A DNA stretch of 62,351 bases, filler included, from Mustelus asterias (lineage: Eukaryota): assembly GCF_964213995.1 (NCBI RefSeq). It is 4 parts of 4 records of this genome, joined end to end, with 100 filler letters (N's around TTAATTAATTAA, not from the genome) between each part and the next. Parts side by side here need not be neighbours in the genome. Positions count along the whole stretch, not along the records: positions 1 to 30,000 come from NW_027590182.1; positions 30,101 to 53,004 come from NC_135816.1; 2 more parts are not named here. One strand, 5' to 3'. Below the pieces are notes generated by a model. The model was not told where the DNA came from and did not search any database. It was given only the letters and a program-made list of their open reading frames with translations. Below, piece after piece: positions 25,302 to 38,109 of this stretch; the stretch's first letter is position 1; each line of letters opens with the position of its first letter. Position numbers and translations under genes: made by a program.

Positions 25302-26726
25302 GACATCAGAAGAGGAGTATTTACAGACAGAAATCTCAATCCAAACTACACATCATCTTCTGACAGAGTCACTCGATTCATCGGACCTGAATATTACAGC
25401 CTTTGAATCTAGAAGGAGAAATGTTTCTCTGTTCTTTCTGCTTCAGAACGCTTTAAACATCAGTGTGACTGGAAAAGCTCCAGGATGCACACACACCCGA
25501 GTGAGCGTACTCCAGTGCACTGAGTGTGGAAAGAGCTTTAACCAGTAACACAGCCTGAAAATACATCGCAGCATTCACAGTGGGAGAGACTGTACCCATG
25601 TTCTGTGTGAGATTTAACTGATTGTTTAACCTGGAGAGTCACAAGGACACCCGCACCATGAGGAAATGTGGGGACTGTGGGAAGGGATTCAAGCACCCAT
25701 CTCAGCTGGAAACTCATCGACGCAGTCACACAAGGGAGGGGCCATTCACCTGCTCTGTGTGTGGGAAAGGATTCAGTTTGTCATACAGACTGCTGAGACA
25801 CCAGCGAGTTCACACTGGGGAGAGACCATTCAGCTGCTCTGTGTGTGGGGAGGGATTCAGTCAGTTATCCCACCTACTGAGTCACAATCTCACTCACAGC
25901 AATGAGAGACCCTTTAAATGCTCTGATTGTGGGAGTGGATTCAAAAGCTCTCGGCATCTGATGTCCCACCAGCGCATTCACACTGGGGAGAGACCATTCA
26001 GCTGCTCTCACTGCGCAAAGGGATTCATTCGGTTGTCCCACCTGTTGAGACACAATCTCACTCACAGCAATGAGAGACCCTTTACATGCTCTGACTGTGG
26101 GAGTGGATTCAAAAGCTCTCGGGCACTGATGCTCCACCAGCGCATTCACACTGTGGACAGACCGTTCGGCTGCTCTCACTGCTCAAAGAAATTTAGAACG
26201 TCATCCAACTTGGTGAGACACCAGCGAGTTCACACTGGGGAGAGATCATTCACCTGCTCTGTGTGTGGGAAGGGATTCACTCAGTCATCCATCTTGTGGA
26301 GACACCAGCGAGTTCACACTGGGGAGAGGCCATTCACCTGCTCTGTGTGTGGGAAGGGATTTACTCGGTCATCCCACCTGCGCAGACACCAGCGAGTTCA
26401 CACTGAAGACACAGTGTGAGAAGCGATTTACTGACTCACCCAGCCTGCAGAGACACCAGCGAGTTCACACTGGGGAGAGACCGTTCACCTGCTCTCAGTG
26501 TGAGAAGCGATTTACTGACTCATCCAGCCTGCGGACACACCAGCGACTTCACACTGGGGAGAGACCGTTCACCTGCTCTCAGTGTGAGAAGGGATTCACT
26601 AACTCATCCAGCCTGCGGACACACCAGCGAGTTCACACTGGGGAGAGGCCGTTCACCTGCTCTCAGTGTGGGAAGGGATTCAGAGTTTCATCCCACCTGC
26701 TGAGACACCAACAAGTTCACAACTGA
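25302..26726 (+). pseudogene. Tandem C2H2 zinc-finger exon, disrupted
   Basis: Acceptor at 25300-25301, decayed fingers with a stop at 25546. Then 9 intact fingers with TGERPF linkers (ATG 25658 to TGA 26419). A linker deletion/frameshift near 26407-26413 is followed by 1 partial and 3 intact fingers in another frame. Confidence 0.85.
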
Positions 26727-28667
26727 TTCCAGGGGTTGGATTCTGCTGTTATTGTTTCTGCTCTCAATTACATCCAGGACTGCATTTAGTTCATTCTCAC
26801 AGTTGGTCAATGGGGAGGGTCGGAGGGTTTCTTTCTGCTGGACTGGCCGGTCTCATGACTTTGCCTCCAGTGGCTGGTGCTCGGAACTTCAGAGGTATTT
26901 AGTCAGCATTTCTGTTTGAAACTCCCCCAAATCCCCATCAAATTTCCTTTGTAATTGTTTATTGTCTCCACTTCCGCCACCCTCGTAGGCAGCCAGTTAA
27001 AGCCCATTAATATTCACTGCATCAAAATATTCTTCCTCACGTTCCCCTCCCTCGCATCTCTGACCCAAAACCTTCAATCTGTGTCCCCCTTGTCCTTGTC
27101 CCATCAGCAGATGGGAACCGCTTTCCTTTGTCCACCTTATCGAAACCTGTCAGAATCGTGTCAGGGATGTAAAGCAGGAAATCCGTCCCTAACAGCACTG
27201 TGGGTGTGCCTACACCTCAGGCATTGTAGCAGTTCAGGAAGGCAGTGTTGGCGCTGATCGTGGCCGAGGCAGCTACATACAGCCACATATTCTGTTATAA
27301 TTGAAGGACTGCAGATTGAATGTGAGGCATTATGGGACTGGACTATCTTGACCACATTCCTGTGACTGCTCAGTTTCTGCAATCATGAACCATTAAAGCT
27401 GCTTAGCAGGGCCCCAACAGAGGACCTGGTGAGAATATTTACTCAGAATGAGTTAGAATTAAACTTATTCCAGGATCGGCAGGTGTTCAGCGGCTGAGAT
27501 ACTTGAATCTGTGAAACGTGGGCCTGATCAATCAACAAACGATGATAGGTAGTTGGTTAAGAAGCATTCTCAGGCATTATTTGAATTATTTTATCATAAA
27601 TTTGTGACCCGATAGTCGGTGAAGTGAAGGTATACTCCAAGTAGCACTGGATTGAAAAGCAGATCTCTGAGAGTAGATTCTAATGGTTATAATCCTACCC
27701 AAGCATGGCCAGTGAAAAATCAGAGCTCGAGTGGGGACTGGACAGGTCTCTTACCTGCCATTTGGAAACTAAGAACAAGAAACTTATCGATAAAATCATT
27801 ATAGAATAGAGCAATCTTTCGAATCTGGATGACACTTCAGAAGAGCTCTTATAAAGGGACATCCAGACTCGCAACATTGGCTCTATTCTCTCTCCACAGA
27901 TACTGTCAGACCTGCTGAGATTTTCCAGCATTTTCTGTTTTTGTTTCAGATTCCAGCATCCGCAGTATTTCACTTTTATGATGAAATGATTAGTTCTGAT
28001 TGGAATCCCCACGACCCTCCCGCAAAACAGAGGGAGTGGTGGCAAAAGGAGAAAAAGGATAAGGATGATAAAGTCTGGGTTCTGATTCTCTGAACCCATG
28101 TAGAATTAACAAAATGAGTTAATCAGTTTATAAAGAACAGAAGTTACCCATCCCTAACAAAAAACTGATCAAATTAAAATAATTAGGTTGAGGAATATAA
28201 TAAAAAAAAAGATGAAGTTTAAATTAAGTTTGTTTTGTTGTTACTGAACTGTATTGTTGTCATTTTGTTGTTACCACACTGTATTCACCTCAATGTTTGT
28301 GGAATCTGTGTAGCGAGCAGGAATTGTTTAAACTAAGAATTTCTTCTTTCATTTTGATCAGCGAGAGGACATTATATTCTGTGAAATCTGCCTCAAGAAT
28401 AAGGCTGATTGTTCAGTCTGAGTGTGAAAGAAAGATACAGGGGGCGATCGTACCGGCTCGACTTTGGCCTGATGAATATAAAATACACTTAATAACTAAA
28501 TGGTGCGAGATCACAACATTCTAGGGACAGAGGGATTGGGCCGTCCTTGGGCATGAATCAAAAGGGGCTAATATACAGGTACAGCAATTAATTAGAAATG
28601 TCATAAAATGTTACCATTTATTACGAGAGAATGTATTATTAAATAGGACGGGTCAGAAATTCCTCAG

Positions 28668-29020
28668 ATATAGGAGCAGAATTAGGCCATTCGGCCCATC
28701 GAGTCCGTTCCGCCATTCGATCATGGCTGATATGCTCCTCATCCCCATTTTCCTGCCCTCTCCCCATAACCCTTCAACCCATCACCAATTAAAAATCTGT
28801 CTAACTCCTCCTTAAATTTACTCACTGTCCCAGCATCCTCCGCTCTTTGGGGTAGCGAATTCCACAGATTCACAACCCTTTGGGAGAAGTAGTTTCTCCT
28901 CAACTCTGTTTTAAATTTGCTGCCCCTTATCCTAAGACTGTGACCTCTCGTCCTAGAATGCCCCACAAGAGGAAGCATCCGCTCCACGTCTACTTTATCC
29001 GTACCTTTTATCATCTTGTC
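28668..29020 (-). mobile_element. CR1 LINE 3' fragment inside an older plus-strand CR1 remnant
   Basis: Encodes SRTRGHSLRIRG..FSQRVVNLWNSLP, then a CR1 3' UTR. Confidence 0.8.
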
Positions 29021-30000
29021 AGTGATCTCTCATTCTTCTAAATTCCAGTATGTTTCCATTGTGCAAGGCATTGGAGAGACCACATCTGGAGTATTGTGTA
29101 CAATACTTGATTCCTTATCTATAGAAAGATGGTAATGTGTTAGAAAACTGCCCCAGGCTCCTGTGAATTCCTCCAACTCGTATTTAATTAGACTTGAATT
29201 GATTTATTTTAAAACGGTTTATTTTAAACATATTGAGACCGGCCTGAAAGTGGTAGACTGGGGACTATCACACAAATGCTCTCAATCTGATGGTGTGGTG
29301 GTATTGTCACTGGACTGGGAGCCCAGAGTCCGAGGGTAATGCACTGGGCAGACAGCTTCCAATCACACCACAGCAAATAGTGAAATCTCAATTCAATAAA
29401 AATCTGTCATTAAAGGCCTGGTGATGGCCATGAAACCATTGCCGTTATAACCCATTTGGTTCACCGATGCCCTTCAGAGAAGGAATTTATCCGACTCCAG
29501 AATAAGACCAGAGGATGCTGGAAAATCTCAGCAGGTCTGGTAGTCCCTGTAAGTCTTTCATGTGAATCCAGGTCCACACGATGTGGTTGACTCTGGAATG
29601 GCCCAGCAAGCAAGCTGCTCAGTTCAAGGGCAGTTAGGGATAGACCACAAGCAAGGAACTGGTAACAATCTGCACAAAATATTGGCCAGTTATTTTCAGG
29701 TTGGAAATGTAAAGCTGCCGTTTTGCTCTCAGTCAGGAACAGATCCCAGTTTTACACCAATCTCTGATTTAACAGCGCATTGGAGAGCTGGTGCAGACAC
29801 GATGGGCCAAATGGCCTCCTCCTGCACCAACACTATTCTGTGAAATCTTAGAAAACAGGGAAATGCTGGAATTAAACTCAGCAGGTTCGGCAGCATCTGT
29901 GCAGAGAGAGAGAGAGAAACAGAGTTAACATTTCAGCTCTGTGACCTTTCCTGTGAACTGGGGAAAGTTAGAAATGTAACAGGTTTGGAGAAAGGGGCGG

Positions 30001-30100
30001 NNNNNNNNNNNNNNNNNNNNNNNNNNNNNNNNNNNNNNNNNNNNTTAATTAATTAANNNNNNNNNNNNNNNNNNNNNNNNNNNNNNNNNNNNNNNNNNNN
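30001..30100. other. Artificial contig spacer
   Basis: 44 N + TTAATTAATTAA (stop codons in all six frames) + 44 N. Confidence 0.95.
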
Positions 30101-30455
30101 CACACTATCAGTAACCCCCACAGCTTGTCTGGACTTGCAGAATCTCACTGGCTGTCCTGTCTGGAGACAATACACATCTCTTTAACCTGTGCCTAATGCT
30201 CCCTCCACTCACATTGTTTGTACCTTTAAGACTTGATTATTTGTAAAGACTGCATTCCAATCATTATTCTGTAAATTGAGTTCGTGTCTCTGTATGCCCT
30301 GTTTGTGAGCATTTCTCCACTCCACCTGATGAAGGGACAGCCTGTTCCGAAAGCTAGTGGCATTTGCTACCAAATAAACCTGTTGGACTTTAACCTGGTG
30401 TTGTTAGACTTCTTACTGTGTTTACCGCAGTCCAACGCCGGCATCTCCACATCAC
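30101..30455 (+). mobile_element. Penelope-like element terminal repeat
   Basis: Ends ...AATAAACCTGTTGGACTTTAACCTGGTGTTGTTAGACTTCTTACTGTGTTTACC..CAGTCCAACGCCGGCATCTCCACATCA, the same family as the 33198 and 46328 insertions. Confidence 0.7.
30322..30360 (+). ncRNA. Minimal hammerhead ribozyme
   Basis: CCAC-CUGAUGA-A-GGGACA(gcc)UGUUCC-GAAA-GC-UA-GUGG; stem I is CCAC/GUGG. Confidence 0.7.
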
Positions 30456-33197
30456 GGTTTCAAAATAGACGGAGGCGAGTGAATTTGCACCCAAAAGCCC
30501 TGGAAAATTCAAATCATGGGGTGGCCAGAGAAAAGTTAACCCATACATGGAAGTGACAAAATAAGGAGTTGCTCTTCCAATCACTGGTCATTTCTCTGCC
30601 ATGCATGATTGCAGCTCCAGCAACACTCGAAGTTCAGCACCATCCAGGATAAAGCAACCTACTTAATCTGCACACCATCCATCACCATAAACATTCACTC
30701 CCTCCACCACTGATCCAAAGTGACAACTGTATGAGCCACATACATAAACAGCACCCTCCAAACCTGTGACCACTACAACCTAGAAGGACAAGGGCAGCAG
30801 ATACATGTGAATATCTGCAAGTTCCCCTTAAGACACACACCATCCTGACATGAAACTATTTCACCGTCCTTTCACTGTCATTATGCCAAAAACTTGGCAT
30901 TCTCTAAAAAGCACTAAGGGTGTACCTACATCGGATGGCTGCAGCAATTCAAGATGGCAGATTATCACTACCTTCACAATTAGGGACAAGCAACAAATAC
31001 TGGCCACATCACAGAAAAAAATTAATGCACCCATGCCGATGCACCCTATTGGGTTCCTTTGGTTAGTGAGAGCACAGAAAGGCATTGAATTGTTACCTGG
31101 TAACATAGAAGCTACTTTTATATTGACATATTTACATTTAATTCCAGATTAATGACAAACCTGATCCTGGTATCTACTGTGAAAATCTATCTCCGCAGCA
31201 GAAAGTCCCACTGCTGCCACCAGGGTAATGCAGCCAGATTCATCATATGTGCTGGAAACAAATTTTCAGATGCCAGTGTCCAGGAATTCCAATTAAAAAA
31301 GGTATCAACATTTTTTTTTAAAAAGTGTGTTAACTATAATCCGTTGAATGTCAGTTCACTAAATTGTGGTTCATGGTCAAGTGTTTAATTTGCATTTCTA
31401 TATACAAGATGGCATTTCAAGTGTCAGCATCTAGAGATAACAATGATATTCTGTGACAAAACCATCAGCACACAGTACTGCCTTACAGCTGCGTGCAAAC
31501 ATTCCTGCCAAAAACAGCCCAAATATAGAACTTCCGAGCAGGCCATGATCTTGTAGAGAGCTGATAATGATTTTTGTCATAACCAGATTGACCATATTCC
31601 TCAAACCAGCAGATTGTTAATTCCACCAAGGCCATCTTCAACTGGGCTCGAAATCTGAAGCAGGCACATTAAAATGGCAGATGCATTTAGATTTGAAAAA
31701 CAGGCAAGGGGAGAAAACTTGAAATAGGTGGTAACCGCAATGTTATTTATATCGGTATTTGTTTTAATATGTCACAAAACCTTCGAGTGTCCTGAACCAA
31801 ATGCAAGGGTCCTAGAAAGAGCAACGTTACCGTGCACACTTTTGCTTTCATGAAATATGTTCTAGGCCTAAAGACTTTGCAGCTAATTGCAAGCCATTAC
31901 ACCATGAAGATAAACATTTCAGCGAATTAATCATCACAGCATCACTGCAGTGATATCCTAGTCCCAGATTTGATGCCTGAAGCAAAACGAGTGATGGATA
32001 AAAATACTATATTTAGATTGCATCATGCAGTTCGAAAAAGATGATAAAAGATTTAGTCTGCAAATGACTGATGAACATAGGTAGGTCTTGTGTCATGGCA
32101 GTGTATTGACAGAAAACCTTTTCCAGAATAAAGCATTGATTAACGTTTCCCATTAGATTAAAAGCACCAAATCAAGAATTATCTAGGCTCAACCTGCTTG
32201 TCAGACAAGTACAGGCCATTGCTGTGTAGTATTGAACAATGGCCAATCACTAAATCAATCTTTTGCAATGATTTTTGATCTTGAATGCATCTATTGTGTT
32301 TTTTGCAACTGCAAGGTGTTACTTTAACTCAGATGGAATAAACTTTAAATGGAGAAAAGCTGGAGAATCAGCATTAGGGGCCCATCTAAAAGCAAATCAT
32401 TTGTACATTGACTGTAGACTGGGAATTGATTGAACATCAAGCAAATTTCTTTTGAAACTCAACTCTACTGAAAATAATAAAAACAAAACAATAAAAACAA
32501 AGTGCTGAAATTATTCAGCAGGTTTGACAGTATATGTGCAAAGAGAAGCAGAACTAACAGATTGAGTCAGGTTAGACTCTTTAGAACCAGTTCTGACAAA
32601 GAGCAAGTCTGAACATAAAAAGGGAAAAAAACAAAGTATATGAGGTAACGTAAAAAGGGAATCCAAAAGTTTTCCAAAGCATATAAAGAGTTTTAAAAGG
32701 TGATAAAAGGAGTGGGGTAAATTTGGAATGAAAAAAGTGATTTACACATGGAGACAAAGGGCATTACTGGGGTAGTAAACGAGTAGAATCATAGAAATCA
32801 TAGAGTACTCTATCTTTACCAAGGAAGATGTTGCTGCAAAAATCAGTGAAAGAGAAAGTAGTGAAAGACACTGAATGGGCTAACATTTGGAAATAGGAGG
32901 TATTAGAAGTCACCAAAATTAGATCAGATGCATCTAGAAACAAAGGTAGAAAACTGCAGAGGCACTGACCACATCTTTCAATCCTCCTTTGATACAATGG
33001 TGGTGCCAGAGGGTTGGAAATTGCATATGTTACCCTTGTACCTGTTTTTGAACAAGGGTGAAAGATCAGCGCCCAAATGCCAGTCAGTTTAACCTGAACA
33101 GCGGGAGAACTTTGAGAAATGATAATATGGACAAAATTAACAGCCATTTTGGACTGTTAGATGAATTAAGGAAAGCCAGAATGGGTTGGTTTTACTG

Positions 33198-33489
33198 ATG
33201 TGGAGATGCCGGCGTTGAACTGGGGTAAATACAGTAAGAGTTTTAACAACACCAGGTTAAAGTCCAACAGGTTTATTTGGTAGCAGATGCCATTAGCTTT
33301 CGGAGCACTGCTCCTTTGTCAGATGGAGTGGATATCTGCTCTCAAACAGGGCATATAGAGTCTCTGAATGCCTTGTTTGAGAGCAGATATCCACTCCATC
33401 TGATGAAGGAGCAGTGCTCCGAAAGCTAATGGAATCTGCTACCAAATAAAATTGTTGGACTTTAACCTGGTGTTGTTAAAACTCTTACT
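33198..33489. mobile_element. Penelope-like fold-back insertion with TSD
   Basis: Inverted arms of about 130 bp centred near 33360, a one-sided ~30-nt extension, and TSD TGGTTTTACTG at 33187-33197 and 33490-33500. Confidence 0.8.
33395..33433 (+). ncRNA. Minimal hammerhead ribozyme
   Basis: UCCAU-CUGAUGA-A-GGAGC(agu)GCUCC-GAAA-GC-UA-AUGGA; stems I and II are both perfect 5-bp helices. Confidence 0.75.
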
Positions 33490-33843
33490 TGGTTTTACTG
33501 GCCAAGGATAAACTATGTTTAACTAACTTGATTGAAATTTTTGATCAGATAAGGGCAATGTGGCCTTCCAAAGAGGTTTAATATATTGTCACATATTAGA
33601 TTTGTCAGCAATATCAAAGTCCATGGAATAAAAGGAACAGTGACACATGGGAAAGATGTCAGCTGAGCGACAGGAAATGGAGAGCAGTTGCGAACTGTTG
33701 CTTTTAAGACTGGAGGAATATATGTAGTGGGGTTCAGGGATTGATTCTCAGACTACTGCTTTTCTTAATATATACTGGTGACCTGGATTGGATACACAGG
33801 GCACAATTTCAAAGTTTGTAGAAGGCACCAAACTTGGAAGTAT

Positions 33844-36340
33844 CATAAGAACATAAGAAATAGGAGCAGGAGTAGGCCATCTAGCCCCTCGAGCCTGCCC
33901 CGCCATTCAATAAGATCATGGCTGATCTGAAGTGGATCAGTTCCACTTACCCACCTGATCCCTATAACCCCTAATTCCCTTACCGATCAGGAATCCATCT
34001 ATCCATGATTTAAACAGATTCAACGAGGTAGCCTCCACCACTTCAGTGGGCAGAGAATTCCAGAGATTCACCACCCTCTGAGAGAAGTTCCTCCTCAACT
34101 CTGTCCTAAACTGACCCCCCTTTATTTTGAGGCTGTGCCCTCTAGTTCTAGTTTCCTTTCTCAGTGGAAAAAATCTCTCCATCTCTACCCTATCCAGCCC
34201 CTTCATTATCTTATAGGTCTCTATAAGATCCCCCCTCAGCCTTCTAAACTCCAACGAATACAAACCCAATCTGCTCAGTTTCTCCTCATAATCAACACCC
34301 CATATCTCTGGTATCAACCCGGTGAACCTTCTCTGCACTCCCTCCAAGGCCAATATATCCTTCCGCAAATAAGGGGACCAATACTGCACACAGTATTCCA
34401 GCTGCGGCCTCACCAATGCCCTGTACAGATGCAGCAAGACATCTCTACTTTTATATTCTATTCCCCATGCGATATAGGCCAACATCCCATTTGCTGCCTT
34501 GATCACCTGCAGACTGGGTTTTTGCGTCTCATGCACAAGGACCCCCAGGTCCCTCTGCACAGCAGCATGTTGTAATTTCTTTCCATTCAGATAATAATCC
34601 AATTTGCTATTATTTCTTCCAAAGTGAATAACCTCGCATTTGTTAACGTTATACTCCATCTGCCAGATCCTCGCCCACTCACTCAGCCTGTCCAAATCTC
34701 TCTGCAGACCTTCTACGCCCTCCACACGATTCACTTTTCTACTTATCTTTGTGTCGTCTGCAAACTTTGTTACTCTACACTCAGTCCCCTCCTCCAGATC
34801 GTCTATATAAATGGTAAATAGTTGAGGCCCCAGTACCGATCCCTGCGGCACGCCACTAGTTACCATCCGCCAACCAGAAAAGCACCCATTTATTCCGACT
34901 CTCTGCTTCCTGTCGGATAGCCAATCCCCAATCCACGCTAACACCCTACCCCCAACTCCGTGTGACCCAAGCTTCTTCAGCAACCTTTTGTGAGGCACCT
35001 TATCAAACGCCTTTTGGAAATCCAAAAACACCGCATCCACCAGTTCCCCTCCGTCAACCGCACTGGTCACATCTTCATAAAAATCCAACAAGTTCGTCAA
35101 GCACGACTTTCCCCTCATGAATCCATGCTGCGTCTGCTTAATCGAACCATTCTTATCCAGATGGCCTGCTATTTCTTCTTTAATGATGGATTCCAGCATT
35201 TTCCCAACTACAGACGTTAAGCTCACCGGCCTGTAGTTACCCGCCTTTTGTCTATTTCCTTTTTTAAACAGCGGCGTAACATTAGCCGTTTTCCAATCTG
35301 CCGGCACTACCCCAAAATCCAACTAATTTTGATAAATAACCACTAACGCATCCGCTATTACCCCTGACATTTCTTTCAGTACCCTGGGATGCATTCCATC
35401 CAGGCCTGGGGACTTGTCCACCTTCAGTCCCGTTAGTCTACCAAGCACTGCCTCCCTGGTAACATTAATTGTATTGAGGACCTCTCCTCCCACCAACCCT
35501 CTATCGTTAATATTCGGTAAACTATTTGTGTCTTCCACCGTGAAGACCCCGACACAAAAAACTTATTTAAAGTTTCAGCCATTTCCTCATTTCCCACTAT
35601 TAAATCCCCCCTCTCGTCCTCCAAGAGTCAAACATTCACTCTTGCCACTCTATTCCTTTTTATATATTTGTAAAAGCTTTTACTGTCATTTTTTATATTT
35701 AGAGCTAGCCTAGCTTCTTAACCTATCTTTCCTTTCTTTATCGCTTTCTTAGTCGTTCTTTGTTGTTTCTTAAAGTTTTCCCAATCTTCTGATTCTCCTC
35801 TATTTTTGGCCACTCTGTACGCATCGGTCTTTAATTTAATACTCTCCTTAATTTCCTTCGTCATCCACGGCTGGTTATCCCTTTTTTTCTTACAGCCCTT
35901 CTTTATCACCGGAATATATTGTTGCTAAATACTGAAAAGGATCTCCTTAAAAATCCTCCACTGTTCCTCAGCTGTCCTACCTACCAGTCTGCTCTCCCAG
36001 TCCACCTTAGCCAATTCAGCCCTCATCCTATCGTACTTCCCTCTGTTCAAACAGAGGACAGTAGTATGGGACCCTTTCTCCTCTTCCATTTGTATCAGAA
36101 ATTCGACCATATTGTGATCACTTGACCCAAGAGAGTCCTTCACAAGAACATCCTTAATTCTACCTACCTCGTTACACATTACCAGATCTAAGATAACTCG
36201 TTCCCTCGTCGGTTCTGTAACATACTGTTCAAGGTAACTATCCCGACAGCATTCTAAGAACTCTTCCTCCATCCCACCCCTTCCAACTTGAGTCAGCCAA
36301 TCAATATGCAGGTTGAAGTCCCCCATGATTATTGCCGTTC
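33844..36340 (-). mobile_element. Young CR1 LINE, 5'-truncated, with a 461-aa open RT region
   Basis: ORF 33937-35322 has all the RT motifs. Upstream pieces carry endonuclease C-terminal motifs (MGDFN, SDHN). (TTCTTATG)n tail. Confidence 0.95.
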
Positions 36341-38038
36341 CGTTCGCGAACTGAGAGCACGATAGAGATAAACTTCAAGAGGACATAGGATGGCAGAATA
36401 GGCAGACACACGAAAGATGAAATTTAATGCAGGACGTGAGTTGAGAAAGTGGTTAAAAAGGCTTTGAAGATCCTAGACTTTATAAAGAGGCATAGGATAC
36501 AAAAACCAAGGAAGTTATAATAAACCTTTGCCTCAAAATGAAGTACAATGTTGAATACGAAACAGTACTTTGGGAAGGGTGTGAAGGTTTTAGAGGGTGC
36601 AAAGAAGATATGGACACATTAGAGAAGCTCTCCTTGGGAAGAGAAGATTTAGAGGTTTCCAAAACCATGAGGGTTCTAGACATAGAAGATGGAGAGAAAC
36701 TATTTCCATTTCTGGAAGGGTTGAGAGCTCGAAGACACATTACGGTGAATGGCAAATGAGCCAATTTTGAGATGAGGAAAAAAACCATTTAGGCAGCCAG
36801 TGATTGGGATCTGGATGGCACCACCTTAGTGTGGTGGAAGCCACAACTGAAATTGGATAAGTTCTTGAAGATGAGCAATTTACATAGCTAGAGGGAAACT
36901 AGGGGATTTTCACAGTAACTTCATTGCAGTGTTAATGTAAGCCTACTTATGACACGAACAAAAAAAATAAATGGTAGGGGACATTAGCTATACTGCTCTT
37001 GCAGACAGGCATGGATATGATGGGCCAAATGGCCGCCTTCTGTGTTGTAACCATGCTTTTATGATCTTTCCACTCTGCTTAGACCGCACAGCATGTGCAT
37101 TGGCCATTTTAAAACTCATTCCCCCGCAAACACACACACTTTCCTGGTACAAGATTTGCCAACCACAAATCCAAATGGAATCACTTCATACATCAATCTA
37201 ACCAGTAATGTAAGAAAGTTCTTGAAGGCTTCTGTTTTTGTCCCCCCCCAAAAAAGCAAGCAAAATGCAAGATATTGGGAATGTGTAAGCTCCAGAAACA
37301 CTAGTGGAAGGAGTCCAAATGAGGAATGGGCATTTATAACGTACATGGAGGGAGTAATGAACATCAAGGAATTATAAATGTTTAAAATCACTCTAGAGGA
37401 AAAAAACAAAACAATGAATGGTGTGGCTACTTTACGTAGAGAAAATTCTCTTTTGGAAAGCACACAGTATAAAAGGTAGGAGCCAAAACAATCTGCATTC
37501 CTAGTGTAGGCAAATATGAATTATGGACTACTATGTCTTCAGCAACCATCAGGTGGCTTTCCATCCCTACATTCTCCCTTACTCCACAGCAAAAGTATTG
37601 CATGTCATCAAGAAAGAAAATAAAACACTAATTAGTAAGGACAGAATCTCTTGGCTTTGAATCACAAGAGAGCACGTCCAGTAATGTTACAAAACTTGTC
37701 ATGAGTAAATTAGGTTTGGTGCATTTGTTGCGACAAGTCATGGAACAGCAGATGAATAAATATAAAGGCAGTTCAAAAATAAAAGAATTGTATGATTAGC
37801 TCATTCATAAAATCCAGGTCATTTTATATCAAGGGCTGGGAACTATCACAAAGATACCTTATTAATCAGTATAACCCGCTTCTGGAACATTGATTAGAAT
37901 CCCCTGACTTGACATTTGAGTGCAGCTGTATTACAAGCTTTGCATTGGCAAAGATTAGGAACAGTTGAGCCCAACAGCCATAATTATATGCTTATGCTGA
38001 GATCTTGGCGGGGGGAGTCACTGTCTTTAGGCATGAAT

Positions 38039-38109
38039 GATGTGGAGGTGCTGGCGTTGGACTGGGGTAAACACAGTAAGAGTTTTACCTGGTGTTGTTA
38101 AAACTCTTA
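38039..38109. mobile_element. Miniature Penelope-like insertion with TSD
   Basis: Same terminus (GATGTGGAGGTGCTGGCGTTGGACTGGGGTAAACACAGTAAGAG) plus an inverted end. Direct repeat CTTTAGGCATGAAT at 38025-38038 and 38110-38123. Confidence 0.75.

Larger units (their letters stand above)
32600..36900 (+). mobile_element. Old degenerate CR1 LINE interrupted by two younger insertions
   Basis: Decayed RT-like sequence runs to AAACTTGGAAGTAT (33843) and resumes at about 36345 with collinear RT-like sequence (AAACTTCAAGAGGACATAG...GATGAAATTTAATGCAG). Confidence 0.65.

Noticed and set aside
27619-27628. GTGAAGTGA as the mu TM2 exon (VK-stop)
   Set aside because: It is preceded by CG rather than an AG acceptor, and there is no TM1 upstream.
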